64,000 nucleotides of DNA from an uncultured Candidatus Rokubacteria bacterium (GTDB lineage: Bacteria > Methylomirabilota > Methylomirabilia > Rokubacteriales > DASRDR01): the NCBI GenBank assembly GCA_963708025.1, contig CAVPSB010000014.1, positions 352,001-416,000 on the forward strand. Direction: 5' to 3'. The position numbers and the translations under genes are program-made. Of the stretch, positions 39,016 to 50,000 are shown one piece after another; positions within the stretch are counted from its first letter, which is position 1; every line of letters starts with the position of its first letter. Under the pieces are notes generated by a model. That model searched no databases, was not told the DNA's origin, and saw only the letters and a list, made by a program, of their open reading frames with translations.

Positions 39016-39427
39016 CACCAACGTCCTCGTCTACCGGTTCGACCCGCGGGTTCCTGCCAAGCAAGCGGCCGCGGCGGAGGTCCTGCGCCGGGGCCTCGTC
39101 GAAGACAGCGTGCGCATTCCCCACCAGGCGATCGTGGAGTTTGTCGCGGCGGTCACGCGGCCCTTGGGGCGCGGCCGAGCCCTACTGACCGCCGAGGAAG
39201 CCCGACACGAAGTCGAGGACATTCTGGCGCAGTTCGTCGTCATCTATCCGACCGAATCGCTGGTGCGGACGGCCGTGCGGGGGTGGGCGACGTACGGATT
39301 CGGCTGGTTCGACGCCAACCTCTGGGCCTACGCGGAGGAGCACGGACTCTCCGAGATCCTCTCGGAGGACTTCCAGCACGACCGGCTGTACGGGACCGTG
39401 CGGATCGTCAATCCCTTCCTCGGCTGA
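38999..39427 (+). CDS. vapC: PIN-domain toxin
   Basis: LVDTNVLVY, E, WFDA, SEDF and NPF PIN motifs. Confidence 0.88.
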   Translation: MAALVDTNVLVYRFDPRVPAKQAAAAEVLRRGLVEDSVRIPHQAIVEFVAAVTRPLGRGRALLTAEEARHEVEDILAQFVVIYPTESLVRTAVRGWATYGFGWFDANLWAYAEEHGLSEILSEDFQHDRLYGTVRIVNPFLG

Positions 39428-39683
39428 CTCCTCGGACGGCTCCCCCCAGCGGGCCGGTGCCGGAATTCCGCATCGACGATGCGCCGGCGGGCCGTGCTCA
39501 CCGCCTCGTCGCGAGGGCATGGTGGTCACGCGTGTCCCCGGGGCGCGTCGGGCCGGGCCGGCCAGGATCCCGCGCGTCAGAGGTGGGGGCCGAGCGAGCG
39601 CGCCGCGGCATCGGGTCGCGCATGTCCGGACGGAGGGCGCTATCGGCCCGGCAATGTTATGCTGCCCCGAGGGCGAGCATCGG

Positions 39684-40214
39684 GTGGACTTCGGCAAGGT
39701 CCTGAGCACCTTGGTGACATTCTTCGAGCGCGAGGGCTTCCGGTTTGCCGCCGTCGGGGCGTTTGCCATGCACGCCTACGGGCTCAGCCGCGCGACGATC
39801 GACCTGGACGTGGCGACCGAGGCGCAAGCGCAGCCGAAGCTCATCCCGTTCCTCGAGTCGCTCGGCTACGAGACGCTTCACCAGTCGCCGGGCTACTCCA
39901 ACCATCTCCACCCGCATCCGGACCTCGGGCGGGTCGACTTCGTGTATGTGAGCGGCGAGACGAGCCGTCTCCTGTTCGGCGGTGGCGGGACGATGCTGCG
40001 CCTGGGCGGGCAGAGCGTTCCGGTGCCACGTCCGGAACATATCGCCGCGATGAAGATCCACGCCATGAAGCATGATCCATCGCGCACTCTTCAGGAGATG
40101 GCCGACATTCAGTTCCTCCTGGGCCTGCCCGAGATCGATGAAGAGGCGATCCGCGCGTACTTCGAGCGCAGCGGGCTCTTGGAGCGGTATCTTGAGATCA
40201 AGCGGCTCCGCTGA
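39684..40214 (+). CDS. Nucleotidyltransferase (Pol beta superfamily, AbiEii/DUF6036-like)
   Basis: VGAFAM..G..RATIDLD, VDF, AMK and D motifs. Confidence 0.78.
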   Translation: MDFGKVLSTLVTFFEREGFRFAAVGAFAMHAYGLSRATIDLDVATEAQAQPKLIPFLESLGYETLHQSPGYSNHLHPHPDLGRVDFVYVSGETSRLLFGGGGTMLRLGGQSVPVPRPEHIAAMKIHAMKHDPSRTLQEMADIQFLLGLPEIDEEAIRAYFERSGLLERYLEIKRLR

Positions 40215-40404
40215 CTACCTGGCGCTCGACCGCGATCTCCCGACCACGCCTGGTGACGTGGCAGCCCTGCGGCAGGCTCGGGCACGGAGGCAGGTCCCAC
40301 TCGACGAATACCTGGGCTTCCTCCGGCGCTTCGAGGCGCCTCCCTCGGCTCGCCTCCGATCGCGACGTGGACCGGTGGGCCCTCCCTTCGACCTCAGTCG
40401 GTGA
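40192..40404 (+). CDS. Small hypothetical protein overlapping the nucleotidyltransferase 3' end (putative partner)
   Basis: TTG start at 40192; LDRDLPTTPGDVAALRQAR..YLGFL; 23-nt overlap. Confidence 0.55.
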   Translation: MRSSGSADYLALDRDLPTTPGDVAALRQARARRQVPLDEYLGFLRRFEAPPSARLRSRRGPVGPPFDLSR

Positions 40405-40492
40405 GCCGCGGCCGTCCTTGAGGGTACGAGTTCATGAGCGTTCGAGATCGTCGCGGTGGGCGCGGCGCCCGCGGAGCCGTCGAGCAAGGAGC

Positions 40493-40870
40493 GGTGAAGA
40501 TGCCGTGGCCGAGCTCGCGGAGCTCGATCGAGACCTCGGTCGGGCCGCGACGGCAGTGATGATCGCCCGCCCCTGGGACGCGCGTGAGACCGCTCGAGGA
40601 AGCGGTCGTCGAGCGAGCGCGGCCGCGTGGTCCGCTTGGACGGGAAGGTCCGGCCGCAGGCCGCGCCGCTGTAGCAGGCGTCGAGGAAGACCACCATCGC
40701 GCTCGGCCTCGATGCGCTCGAAGATGGTCTGCAGCTCGTCCATCGGCAGCGCGGTGGAGTACAGGTCGTCGAGGATCAGCGTCGGCGGGGACGAGGTACT
40801 TGGCGAGCCCGTCGCGCTCGACGCCGCGCGGCTCGTCCTCGAGGGCGCCGTGGCCGGCGAAGAAGATCGA
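40493..40870 (-). pseudogene. Caspase/metacaspase (peptidase C14) fragment with several frameshifts
   Basis: IFFAGHG, YLVPADAD, VVFLDACYSG and ELGHGIFT pieces spread over three frames, with no N- or C-terminus. Confidence 0.8.
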
Positions 40871-41284
40871 GCGACGGTGTCGTACTTCTTGGCGGAGCGG
40901 CGGAGGTGCGAGCAAGGATGCCGGCCTGCCTGGAGCCGGCGCGCTGGGCGATACGGTCTCGGCTCCGGCGACCGCAGGCCGACCGCGTTTCGAAGCGTTC
41001 CGAAGCTTCGAGCGCGTAGACGCGATTACCAGCTCGATCAGCAGTCAAGTGGCGATCCTTACGGCGCGGCGCGTTCTCCGAAGACGTTCGACATCCTGAT
41101 CCGGCCCACGATCGAGACGCGACCCGACTCCTCCGGGCCCTCGCCGTGCTAGGTCACCATTCTGCCGATCAGGGTTAGACGCTTCGCTGCCCAGAACGGC
41201 CGCGCCGGCGCCATCATCGTTTGGGCCCAGCGTGCGAGGAGAAGACGTTCCGTCGCCGCCGCCGATCGGAACCGCGACGTTCGC

Positions 41285-44200
41285 TCATGGGCGAGACAGT
41301 TCGTCCAGGAGTGCCCGGGCTTCTCTCAAGTCTTCGGCGTCGAACCCCTCGGTGAACCAGCTGTAGATCTCGGTCAGCCGGTCTCGAGCTTCTTCCGTCC
41401 TGCCCTGTCGCTGCAGCCATCGACCCAGACTCAGCGTCGCGCGCAGCTCCAGCAACTTCGCCCCCTGGCGCCGCGCGATCTCGACGGCCCGGTGAAAGGC
41501 ATCTCCGGCATCGCCCTGAGGGTCCTCCGACAGAGCCAGCCGGAGCTCTCCCTGGAGCCGATGCAGCTCCGCCTCGTAGTAGCGCTGGCCCGTGCGGTCC
41601 ACCTCCGTCAGCGCCCCGGCGAGGACATCCAGCCCTTCCCGGGCCTGGCCGAGCTCCAGATAACCTCGGGCCAGCGCCACGAGGCAGGCTGGCACGTCCA
41701 GCCCTGCCCCCATGGCGCGGTAGCCGGCCAGTCCATCGAGGAGTTGGGTCACGGCCGCCTCCACGCGGGCCCGCTCGCCGGATTGGATTGCCTCCTCCAC
41801 CAGCGCCGCACCCCGAAGCATTCGCGCCATTCCCAGCCAAAACAACAGGTCGTGTTCGGTCGCGACCGTGATGAGGGCGTCGGCTTGCTCCCGAGCCCGC
41901 TGGCCCTCCCGTTGGAGTAGGTAGGACACGATGACGTGAATCAGGGCGGCACCGACACTGTGTTGATGCGACAGCTCCCGAGCCATGGCCAGCAGCGCCT
42001 CGGCCCGCTCGAGCGCCCGACTGACGTAGCCGAGCAACGGCAACGTCCTGACCGCGTAGCCCAACGCCACGACCCCGGGGTCTTGCCCGTACACGAAGGC
42101 ATGCGCGCGGTGCTGTGGCGGGTCGTATAGCGCCAGGCTCTGTTCCGCATGGTCTTCGGCTGAGGCAAGCTCGCCTCGATAGAAGGCCGTGACCGCCAGG
42201 GCGCCGTGGGCTTCCACGCGAAACCCCCGGTCCTCCACGCTCTGGGCCAACCCGAGACACTGGACCGCCAGCTCGTGCGCCGTCTGCAGGTTGACCCCCA
42301 CGATGTAGAACACCCACAGTCCCCACATCACGGGGAACACGTGCGGCGTTTCACCGACCTGCCGACAGAGTTCCCGGGCGCGTGAGTAGACGGCGCCCAC
42401 TTCCGAGGCCGAGTAGCCTTTGGTGGCGATCAGTGGCGCGCCGAGCGTGACCTGGAGGGTCAGTTCCTGCTGGGCGCGCTCGGGCGTGTCGGGCAGCGTC
42501 TCGAGGAGCTCCAGACCCTTGGTGAGGTGGGCGATCGCCTCCAGGTTAGCCGAGCGCTCGACGGCGCGCTGCCCCGCCCGCTGCCAGTAGGGGATGGCCT
42601 GCTCCTTCAGGCCGGCCTCGGTGTAGTGATGCGCCAGGAGCTCGGGCTGCGTCTCCGCGGTCTCGGGGAAGCGTTCTGCGAGCGCCCGCGCGATCTGCGG
42701 GTGGTACTGCTGGCGCGTACTCTTGAGGAGCGACTGGTAGGCCGCGTCCTGGATCAGCGCGTGCTTGAAGACGTAGCGTGCGTGCGGCGGCGCGCCCCGC
42801 TGGGAGACCAGCTCGGCCTCGACGAGCCGGGCGAGCGCCCCCTGGAGGGTCGGCTCGTCCAGCGGCGAGACGGCGTGGAGCAGCTCATAGGAGAACTCGC
42901 GCCCGATGGTGGCGCCGAGCTGGGCGACCTCCTTGAGATTGGCCAGGCGATCGAGTCGGGCCATGAGGGAGTCCTGCAGGGTGGTGGGAATCGCCAGGGC
43001 CGACATGGGGCCGGCGAGCTCATAGTGGCCATTCGTCGGTCGGAGCGCCCCGGACTCGAGCAGCATCTTGGTCAATTCCTCGACGAAGAGGGGAATGCCA
43101 TCCGTCTTGAGCACGATCTGGCGGAGGATCTCGGTCGGCAAGGCCTTGTCGCCGGCGACTCGCCGGACCATGGCCTCCACCGCGGGGCGGTCGAGGCGGG
43201 CGAGTGGGAGAGACACGAGATGCGGGCGGGCCGCCCACGGCGGCGTGAAGTCGGGCCGGAACGTCAGCAGGGTCAAGAGGCCGGCCGGCGGCCGTTGGTC
43301 GATGAGCAGGGTGAGCAGCTCGAGGGTGGAGGGATCCGCCCAATGGAGGTCTTCGACGAGAAACAGCACCGGCTGCTGGATCGCCATCGCCTGGACCACG
43401 GCCAGGAGGGCGTCGAGCGTCTTCTGCCGCTGTCGTTGGGGCGGCAGGGCGACGGGGGCATACGGTGCGGCGAGCGGCACCGCAAGGAGGGACGCGAACA
43501 GCGGCACCACCGCCGGCAGGGCGACGCCGGATAGGCCCCCCAATCCCTCCTCCAGGCGGCGCAGCTTGTCGGCCGGGGCGTCCTCGCGGCGGAACTGGAG
43601 CCGGCGCTGGAGTGCGTCGATGACGGGATACAGGGCGCTGTTCCGGTAATACGGTGAGCAGCGCAACTCCAGCCAGGTATGGGGCGTGTCGGCCACCTGC
43701 TCTTTGAGGACCTGCACGAGCCGCGACTTGCCGATGCCCGCCTCCCCGCTCAGGAGCACCACCCGGCCCCGGCCGGCCCGGGTCTCGGTCCACCACTCCC
43801 GGAGCCGCCCGATCTCGTGCGCGCGGCCGAGCAGGGCGGTGAGCCCGGCGGGCGTGACGACATCGAGGCGGCCCCGGGCACCGGTTTCGTGGAGCACCCG
43901 ATAGAGCTCCATCGGCTGGGAGATGCCTCTCAGGGTGTGGGTGCCCAGCGGGTGACAGGCGAAGAACCCCTGCACCAGCCGGTATGTGGCGCGGCTGACC
44001 GCGATGGTATTCGGGGCGGCGAGGCTTTGCAGGCGGGCCGCGACGTTCGGGGTTTCGCCCACGGCGAGGGTCTCCCGCCATCCGCCGGCGCCCATCTCAC
44101 CGGCGACCACCAGGCCGGTGTGGATGCCCAGGCGGACCGCGAGGGCGACGCCCCGTTCCCGTTCGAGGCGCGCGGTGAGCCGCGCCATGTCCTCGACGAT

Positions 44201-44669
44201 CGTCAGTCCGGCCCGGACGGCCCGCTGCGCGTCGTCCTCGTGGGCCTCCGGATAGCCGAAGTACACCAGCACACCATCGCCGAGGTACTGGACGATGTGC
44301 CCGTCGAAGCGGCTGATGGCCGCCGCGCAGACGGCCTGGTACTCGCGCAGCAGCTCGCGCAGGTCCTCCGGGTCGAACTGCTCGGAGAGGGCCGTGGCGC
44401 CCACCAGATCGCAGAACATGACCGTGAGCTGGCGACGCTCCGCCTCGGCCGCGCTTCGCCCCGTCGCGGGTGCCCCGGCCGGGGTGGCCGCGGGTGGGGA
44501 TGGGCCGGGAGGCGCACGTGACGAGGGGCGTGGCACAGTGTCCGCAGAAGTTGAATCGCGACGGGTTCTCGGTGCCGCAGCTCGGACAGCGGACGAGGAG
44601 CGGAGCGGTGCACTCGCGACAGAGACTCAGCCCCTCGGGAGTCTCAGATCCACAGGCTGGGCAGCGCAT
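41285..44669 (-). CDS. Double zinc ribbon + adenylate/guanylate cyclase + STAND ATPase + TPR protein (one frameshift in the linker near 44520)
   Basis: CPAC/CREC/CPSC/CGHC, MFCDLVG, LGDG, NVAARLQ, GEAGIGKS, VEDLHWAD, FKHALIQD and the WFTEGF tail. Confidence 0.9.
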
Positions 44670-45068
44670 TCGCCGCGCCTCCGGTGATCGGCGCCCTGTG
44701 AGCGAGGCCGCCAAGATGTCGGAATAGACGAGGTCCTGTCAAGAGGAACTCGTCCACAAGCCGGCGGCCGGCCTGGGGGCTGACGCGAGGAGGGGCCGGT
44801 GTCCCCGAGCGACGGCCAGCCGGCGAGATCCGCCCCGCATCCGCGGGTTTCGGCAGGCCCCGGGCCCCAGGTTTGTGCTCCACGGGTCATTGACCACCGT
44901 TGCGTACTCCACATGCAAGAGCCGACGGAACGGCGAAGCGGCCCAGGTTTCGATTTGCCCCCGCGCCGCCGACGGCCCTTCTGGGATCGCCAGAGGGCAG
45001 CCAGAGCCGGCCCGCGCTGGCTGCCCTCAACGAGACGCTCCGATTCTCGTCGTCGGTGCGTGGTATCC

Positions 45069-46194
45069 CTACGGGCAGACGGTGGTGCCTCGGCTCAGCA
45101 CGGTGCTGTCGCAGGTGATGGAGCCGATGGTGACGCCGTCGAAGGTGGCGCGGGTGCCGAACTTGAGATCCACGTCGAGAGTGTTCCCTGAGATGCTCGA
45201 GGGAGTCGCGGGCTCCGAGAGGATCGTCACCGTGCCCGCGCCGTCGGCCGAGAGCCCCACGTCGTTCCCGGTGACCGTCAGCTGCCCACCCTGGAACAGG
45301 ACGCCCGTGCCCTGCTCGACCTTGATCCCGACCCCATTGTTCGCGATGACGAACTTGGCGCCTCCTCAAAGGGAAGAGTCGTGACAAAGCCGCCACTGGA
45401 TAGGAGGAGTCCGAACTCGCCGTTGTTGGAGGCGGTGACCGTGGCGGCGGGGTAGACCGACAATTGCGACCCCTGGCGACGATGATCCCCGCGAAGCCGT
45501 TGCCGCTGGCGTTGAGCGTGCTGCCCGCCGATGCCGCGAACCCGAAGATGGCGAGCTGGCCACTCCCGACGACCACACCAGCGACCCCGTTGTCGCTCGC
45601 GTTCACGTTCGCGCCCCGGATCTCCACGACGGCCAGGCCGTTGATCGTGATCCCGGCGCCGTTCTGAGTGGCGGTGATGGCGCCCCGGAGGACGGCGCTG
45701 GAGCTCGTGAAGACGTCGAGGCCCCCGGCGTTCTGCTGGAGCGTCACGTCCGTGAGCTCGGCGGCCGAGTGATCCGCGACGGCGATCCCGGCGCCGTTCG
45801 GGTTGTTCTGAACAACGGTCTTCTCGACGAGGAAGGCCGCGCCGCGACGGCCGAGAATGCCCTCGCCGGGGCCGTTCTGGATGGTCAGGCCCACGAGCTT
45901 CACCCCCTGGACGCCGTCGATGGTGACCACCCCCGAGAACTCGATTGGGCTGCCGCCCCCACCGTCGATGACGGCGCTCCCCTGACCGTCGAGCGTGACG
46001 TCGTTCGTCTTGATCGTGATTCGCTCGTGGCAGACTCCCGTCACGCGGATCGTGTCGCCCGGGTCAGCCTGCTTCAATGCGTCCTTGATCGTCTTTCCCT
46101 TGTTGCAGTCGACCTTGATGACGTCTTTCGCCAGGGCGGGCCCGGCGACGAGCAGGGTGACGACGGCCGTGATCACAGCGCTGACTGTTCGCAT
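45069..46194 (-). CDS. Secreted right-handed beta-helix repeat protein (two -1 frameshifts near 45473 and 45367)
   Basis: Signal peptide, VDC..GKTIKDAL..PGDTIRVTGVC, repeated xNxxGI coils. Frames rejoin by adding one G at each of two sites. Confidence 0.8.
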
Positions 46195-46222
46195 GGTGGC
46201 TCCCTCCATCCTTCCTTCTGGG

Positions 46223-46400
46223 TTATCGAAGTGGCTTCGCCCCGGGTTCCTCCTCCGGCCGAGGCTCGTCGGGGCCGCGTTCGGTCATCCGGGCAATGAC
46301 GCCGGCGAGGGCCTCCAGTCCCCGAAGGCGCGCCTTCTCTCCCGTCCTGAGCCGCTCCACGACGATGAGGGTCCTCCCCGCGCTCCGAGCAACGCGGGAA
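46223..46400 (-). pseudogene. Degenerate second copy of the VERxRTGEKAR microprotein
   Basis: VVERLRTGEKARLRGLEALAGVIARM aligns with 46658..46864; the N-terminus has diverged. Confidence 0.55.
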
Positions 46401-46657
46401 GGACTTTTGTCATGTCGCTCGACCGAGACGACCTTCGTCCATCCCACTCGAGACCGCAGATCCTCGAGTACCATGACGACGTCCCTCCATCGCGACGACA
46501 TAGGGGAGTTCACTGCGCACGCGCTTCCGGTCAGCACCGGGCTTCCCATTGGCCTTCTCCTGGGCCGTCCACCCCAAGCCCGCGCCGGCGGCAAAGTCGA
46601 GGAACTCCTGCAGGTTCGTCGGCTCTGCCGTCTTCTGCCGGGGCCCCCCTATCAAAG

Positions 46658-46864
46658 TCACTGAGCTGCTTGGCCCACCGATCCTTGTGTCCCCGGCGGG
46701 CCCTCGCCCGCGACCATGCGCGCGATGACCTCGCCGATCCCCTCGGCCGTCTCGAACCGTGCCTTCTCACCCGTGCGCACCCGCTCGACGATGCCGGCCA
46801 GCTGACCGGAATCGTCGGGAAACACCCGCACCACGAACGTGGCGTAGGCGGAGCCTGGCTCCAT
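46658..46864 (-). CDS. Uncharacterised 68-aa protein (FVVRV...GIVERVRTGEKARF)
   Basis: ATG at 46864, host-like codon use, paralogous segment 400 bp downstream. Confidence 0.7.
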   Translation of the reverse strand: MEPGSAYATFVVRVFPDDSGQLAGIVERVRTGEKARFETAEGIGEVIARMVAGEGPPGTQGSVGQAAQ

Positions 46865-46897
46865 CGATCCGTCCTGGCGTACGGTACCCGAGCGCGG

Positions 46898-46938
46898 CAT
46901 CAAGACTTCGTCAAGAGGACCATCAAAACGCGCGTCAA
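46898..46938 (-). promoter_or_regulatory. Four phased TTGAYG direct repeats, putative SARP/wHTH binding site
   Basis: Plus-strand CATCAA 46898, CGTCAA 46909, CATCAA 46921, CGTCAA 46933 (11/12/12 bp spacing). Candidate -10 TACCGT 11 nt downstream on the minus strand. Confidence 0.62.
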
Positions 46939-47006
46939 CCGGCGCCGGTGGCGCCTCAGACCACGCCGTGCTATCGTGGCGCACGCTGTTTCCCGCGGAG
47001 GGCCGC

Positions 47007-50000
47007 GTGCCCCGATTGGTCCTCACGCTGCTCGGTGGCTTCGAAGCTCGACTGGCTGATGGGCCGGTTCTGACCTTTCCCACCCGGAAGGTCGAAGGGC
47101 TCCTGGCGTACCTCGCCCTGCCCCCGGGCCAGGCACATCCGCGTGACAAGCTGGCCGCGCTCCTGTGGGGCGAGGCCCCCCAGGTCCAGGCCCGGGCCAG
47201 CCTGCGCCAGGCCCTGTTCACCCTCCGGCGAGCCCTGGCCGCGTCCGAGCCGGCCCCACTCTGCTTGGACGGGCCGGCGGTCGCGCTGGACCTGGCCGCG
47301 GTCGAGGTGGACGTCGCGACCTTCGAGGCGCGGTCGAGCGAAGGCACGCCGGTGGGCCTGGAAGCGGCGGCCCGGCTCTACCGGGGCGACCTGCTCGCCG
47401 GGCTCGACGTCGGCGAGGCGCCGTTCGAGGAGTGGCTCCTGGCGGAGCGCGAGCGCGTGCGTGAGCTGGCACTGGAGGCGCTCGCGAAGCTCCTCAGCCA
47501 TCAGCGACGGGTGGGCGCCCTCGAGGCGGCCGTCCAGACCGGGCTCCGGCTCGTGGCGCTCGAGCCGCTCCAGGAGGCCGTGCACCGGACGCTGATGCGG
47601 CTGTACGCCGAGCTGGGGCGACGTGGCGCGGCGCTCCGGCAGTACCAGGCGTGCGTCGCGGCGCTCCAGCGGGAGCTGAGGGTGGAGCCGGAGGCGGAGA
47701 CCGAGGCGCTCCACCGGGAGATCCTCCACCGCCGCCCGGGTGCGGCTGCGGATGTCGCGACCGACCCGGCACCGGCTCCGGTATCGCTCCCGACCGGCGA
47801 CACCCCTCTGGTGGGCCGTCAGCTCGAGCGCGCGCGACTCGACGAGGCGCTGTCGGCCGCCTGGCAGGGTTCGGGGCAGGTGGTCGTGATCCGCGGAGAG
47901 GCGGGCATCGGGAAGACACGCCTCGTGACCCAGCTCCACGCGAGGGCCCTGGAGAAAGGCGCTCGTGTCCTGCTGGGCCGCGCGTACGAGACCGAGCAGA
48001 CGCTCCCGTTCGGGCCCTGGCTCGGCGCGCTGCGGGGCGCCGGCGTGGCGCGCGACGCGGCGCTCCTGGACACGGTCGGCCGGGTGTGGCGGGCGCAGCT
48101 GGCCCGTCTGCTTCCGGAGGTGGGCCCGGCGCCGCCGCCGGCCGCCACCGGGGCCGACACCCTGCACCTGTTCGAGTGCGTGGCGCGCCTGATCGCGGCC
48201 CTGGCCGCCCGACAGCCGCTGCTCCTGGTGCTGGAAGACCTTCACTGGGCGGACGACACGAGCCTCCGGCTGCTGGCGTTCGTCGCGCGGCGAGTGCCGG
48301 CGCGCGCCGTCCTCCTCGTGGCGACCGCGCGAGAGGAGGAGCCGGAGACGCCGGCCCTCGCGACGACGCTCCACGCGCTCGCGCGCGACGCCGCCCCGAT
48401 GACGCTCCGGCTCGGGCCGCTCTCACGCGAGGACACGCTCGAGCTGGTCGGGGCGTTGGCCGCCTCCGGGGTGCCGGCGTCCCCCGATCTCGGCGAGCGG
48501 GTCTGGGCCACCGCCACCGGGCACCCGCTGATGATCGTGGAGACGATGCGCGCGCTGGCGACGGGCGGCTGGCAGGCGGGCGCGCCCGGGCTGGCGCTGC
48601 CGGAGCGCGTGCGCGAGCTCATCGGGCGCCGCCTGAGCCGGCTCGGGGAGCAGGCCCGGCGTTTGGCCGCCGTCGCCGCCGTGATCGCCCGCGAGTTCGA
48701 CCCGGCACTCCTCCAGCGGGCTGCCGGAGTCGGCGCGCAGGAGGCTGCCGACGCGGTGGACGAGCTGCTCCGGCATCGCGTGCTCCACACGGCCGCTGAG
48801 CGACTCTCCTTTACCCACGACCGCATCCGCGACGTGGCGTTCGAGCAGCTCTCGCCGCCGCGCCGCCGCCTTCTCCATCGTCAGGTGGCCGAGGCCATCG
48901 AGGCGCGGTACGGGCCGCACCTCGAGCCGCACGCCCCCGCGCTCGGGCTCCACTACCGAGAAGCCGAGGCGTGGGAAGAAGCGGTCAGGTATCTCAGGCA
49001 GGCGGGCGGCGCGGCCGCGGCCCGGTCGGCGTATCGCGAGGCGATGACCTGCTTCGACCAGGCCCTGGCCGGCCTGGTCCACCTCTGCGAGAGACCGGAC
49101 ACCTCGGCGACGGCCATCGACCTCCGGCTCGATGCCAGCGCGGCGCTTCTGGCCCTGGGTGAGCTGACGCGGCTGGTTGAGACCCTGACGGTCGCCGAAG
49201 CGGACGCGCGAGGGATCGGGGACAAGGGACGTCTCGGGCGCGCGTGGTCTTGCCTGAGTCAGTACCACCGGCTGATCGGGGACCCCGAGCGCGCCATCGA
49301 CTTCGGGCGTCGCGCGCTCGGGGTGGCCGGGGCCGTGGGCGACCGCGCGCTCGAGGTGACCACGAACTACCGCCTCGGCCAGGCCTACCGGTCGCGCGGT
49401 GAGTACCGGCAGGCGGTGACCGTCCTCACGCGCAACGTCGTGCTGCTGGACGGCGAGCGGCCGGCCCCGGGGACGCCGTCGCGCCCCCTCGACGAGGCCG
49501 TGCTCTCCCGGTTCCAGTTGGCGATTGCTCGCGCCGAGCTGGGAGAGATGAGCCAGGCGGTGGCCGACGGCGAAGAGGCGCTTCGCCTCGCGGAGGCGAC
49601 CGAGCGGCCGGACCTGATCTCTGCGGCCCGGAACGGCCTGGGCTGCGCCCTCCTGGACAAGGGCGAGCTGGATTCGGCGATCGCGGCGCTCGAGGACGCA
49701 TGCCGTCTGGCGCGGCAATGGGAGCTGGGCGTCCTCCTCTACTGGAGCCAGGCGCCCCTGGCCCAGGCCTACGCCCTGGCCGGCCGCGTCGCCGAAGCGG
49801 TCCCCTTGCAGGAGAGCACCGTGGCTCAGGCGGAGTTCCTCCGGCACAGCCAGTCCCGGCGGGTCACCATGCTCGGGGAGGCGTACTTGCTGGCCGGTTC
49901 CCTCGTCCCGGCCCTCGACGCCGCCCGACGCGCGCTCGAGCTCGCCCGCCAGTACGGCGAGCGGGGACAGGAGGCGTGGGCGCTGCGTCTTCTCGGCGAG

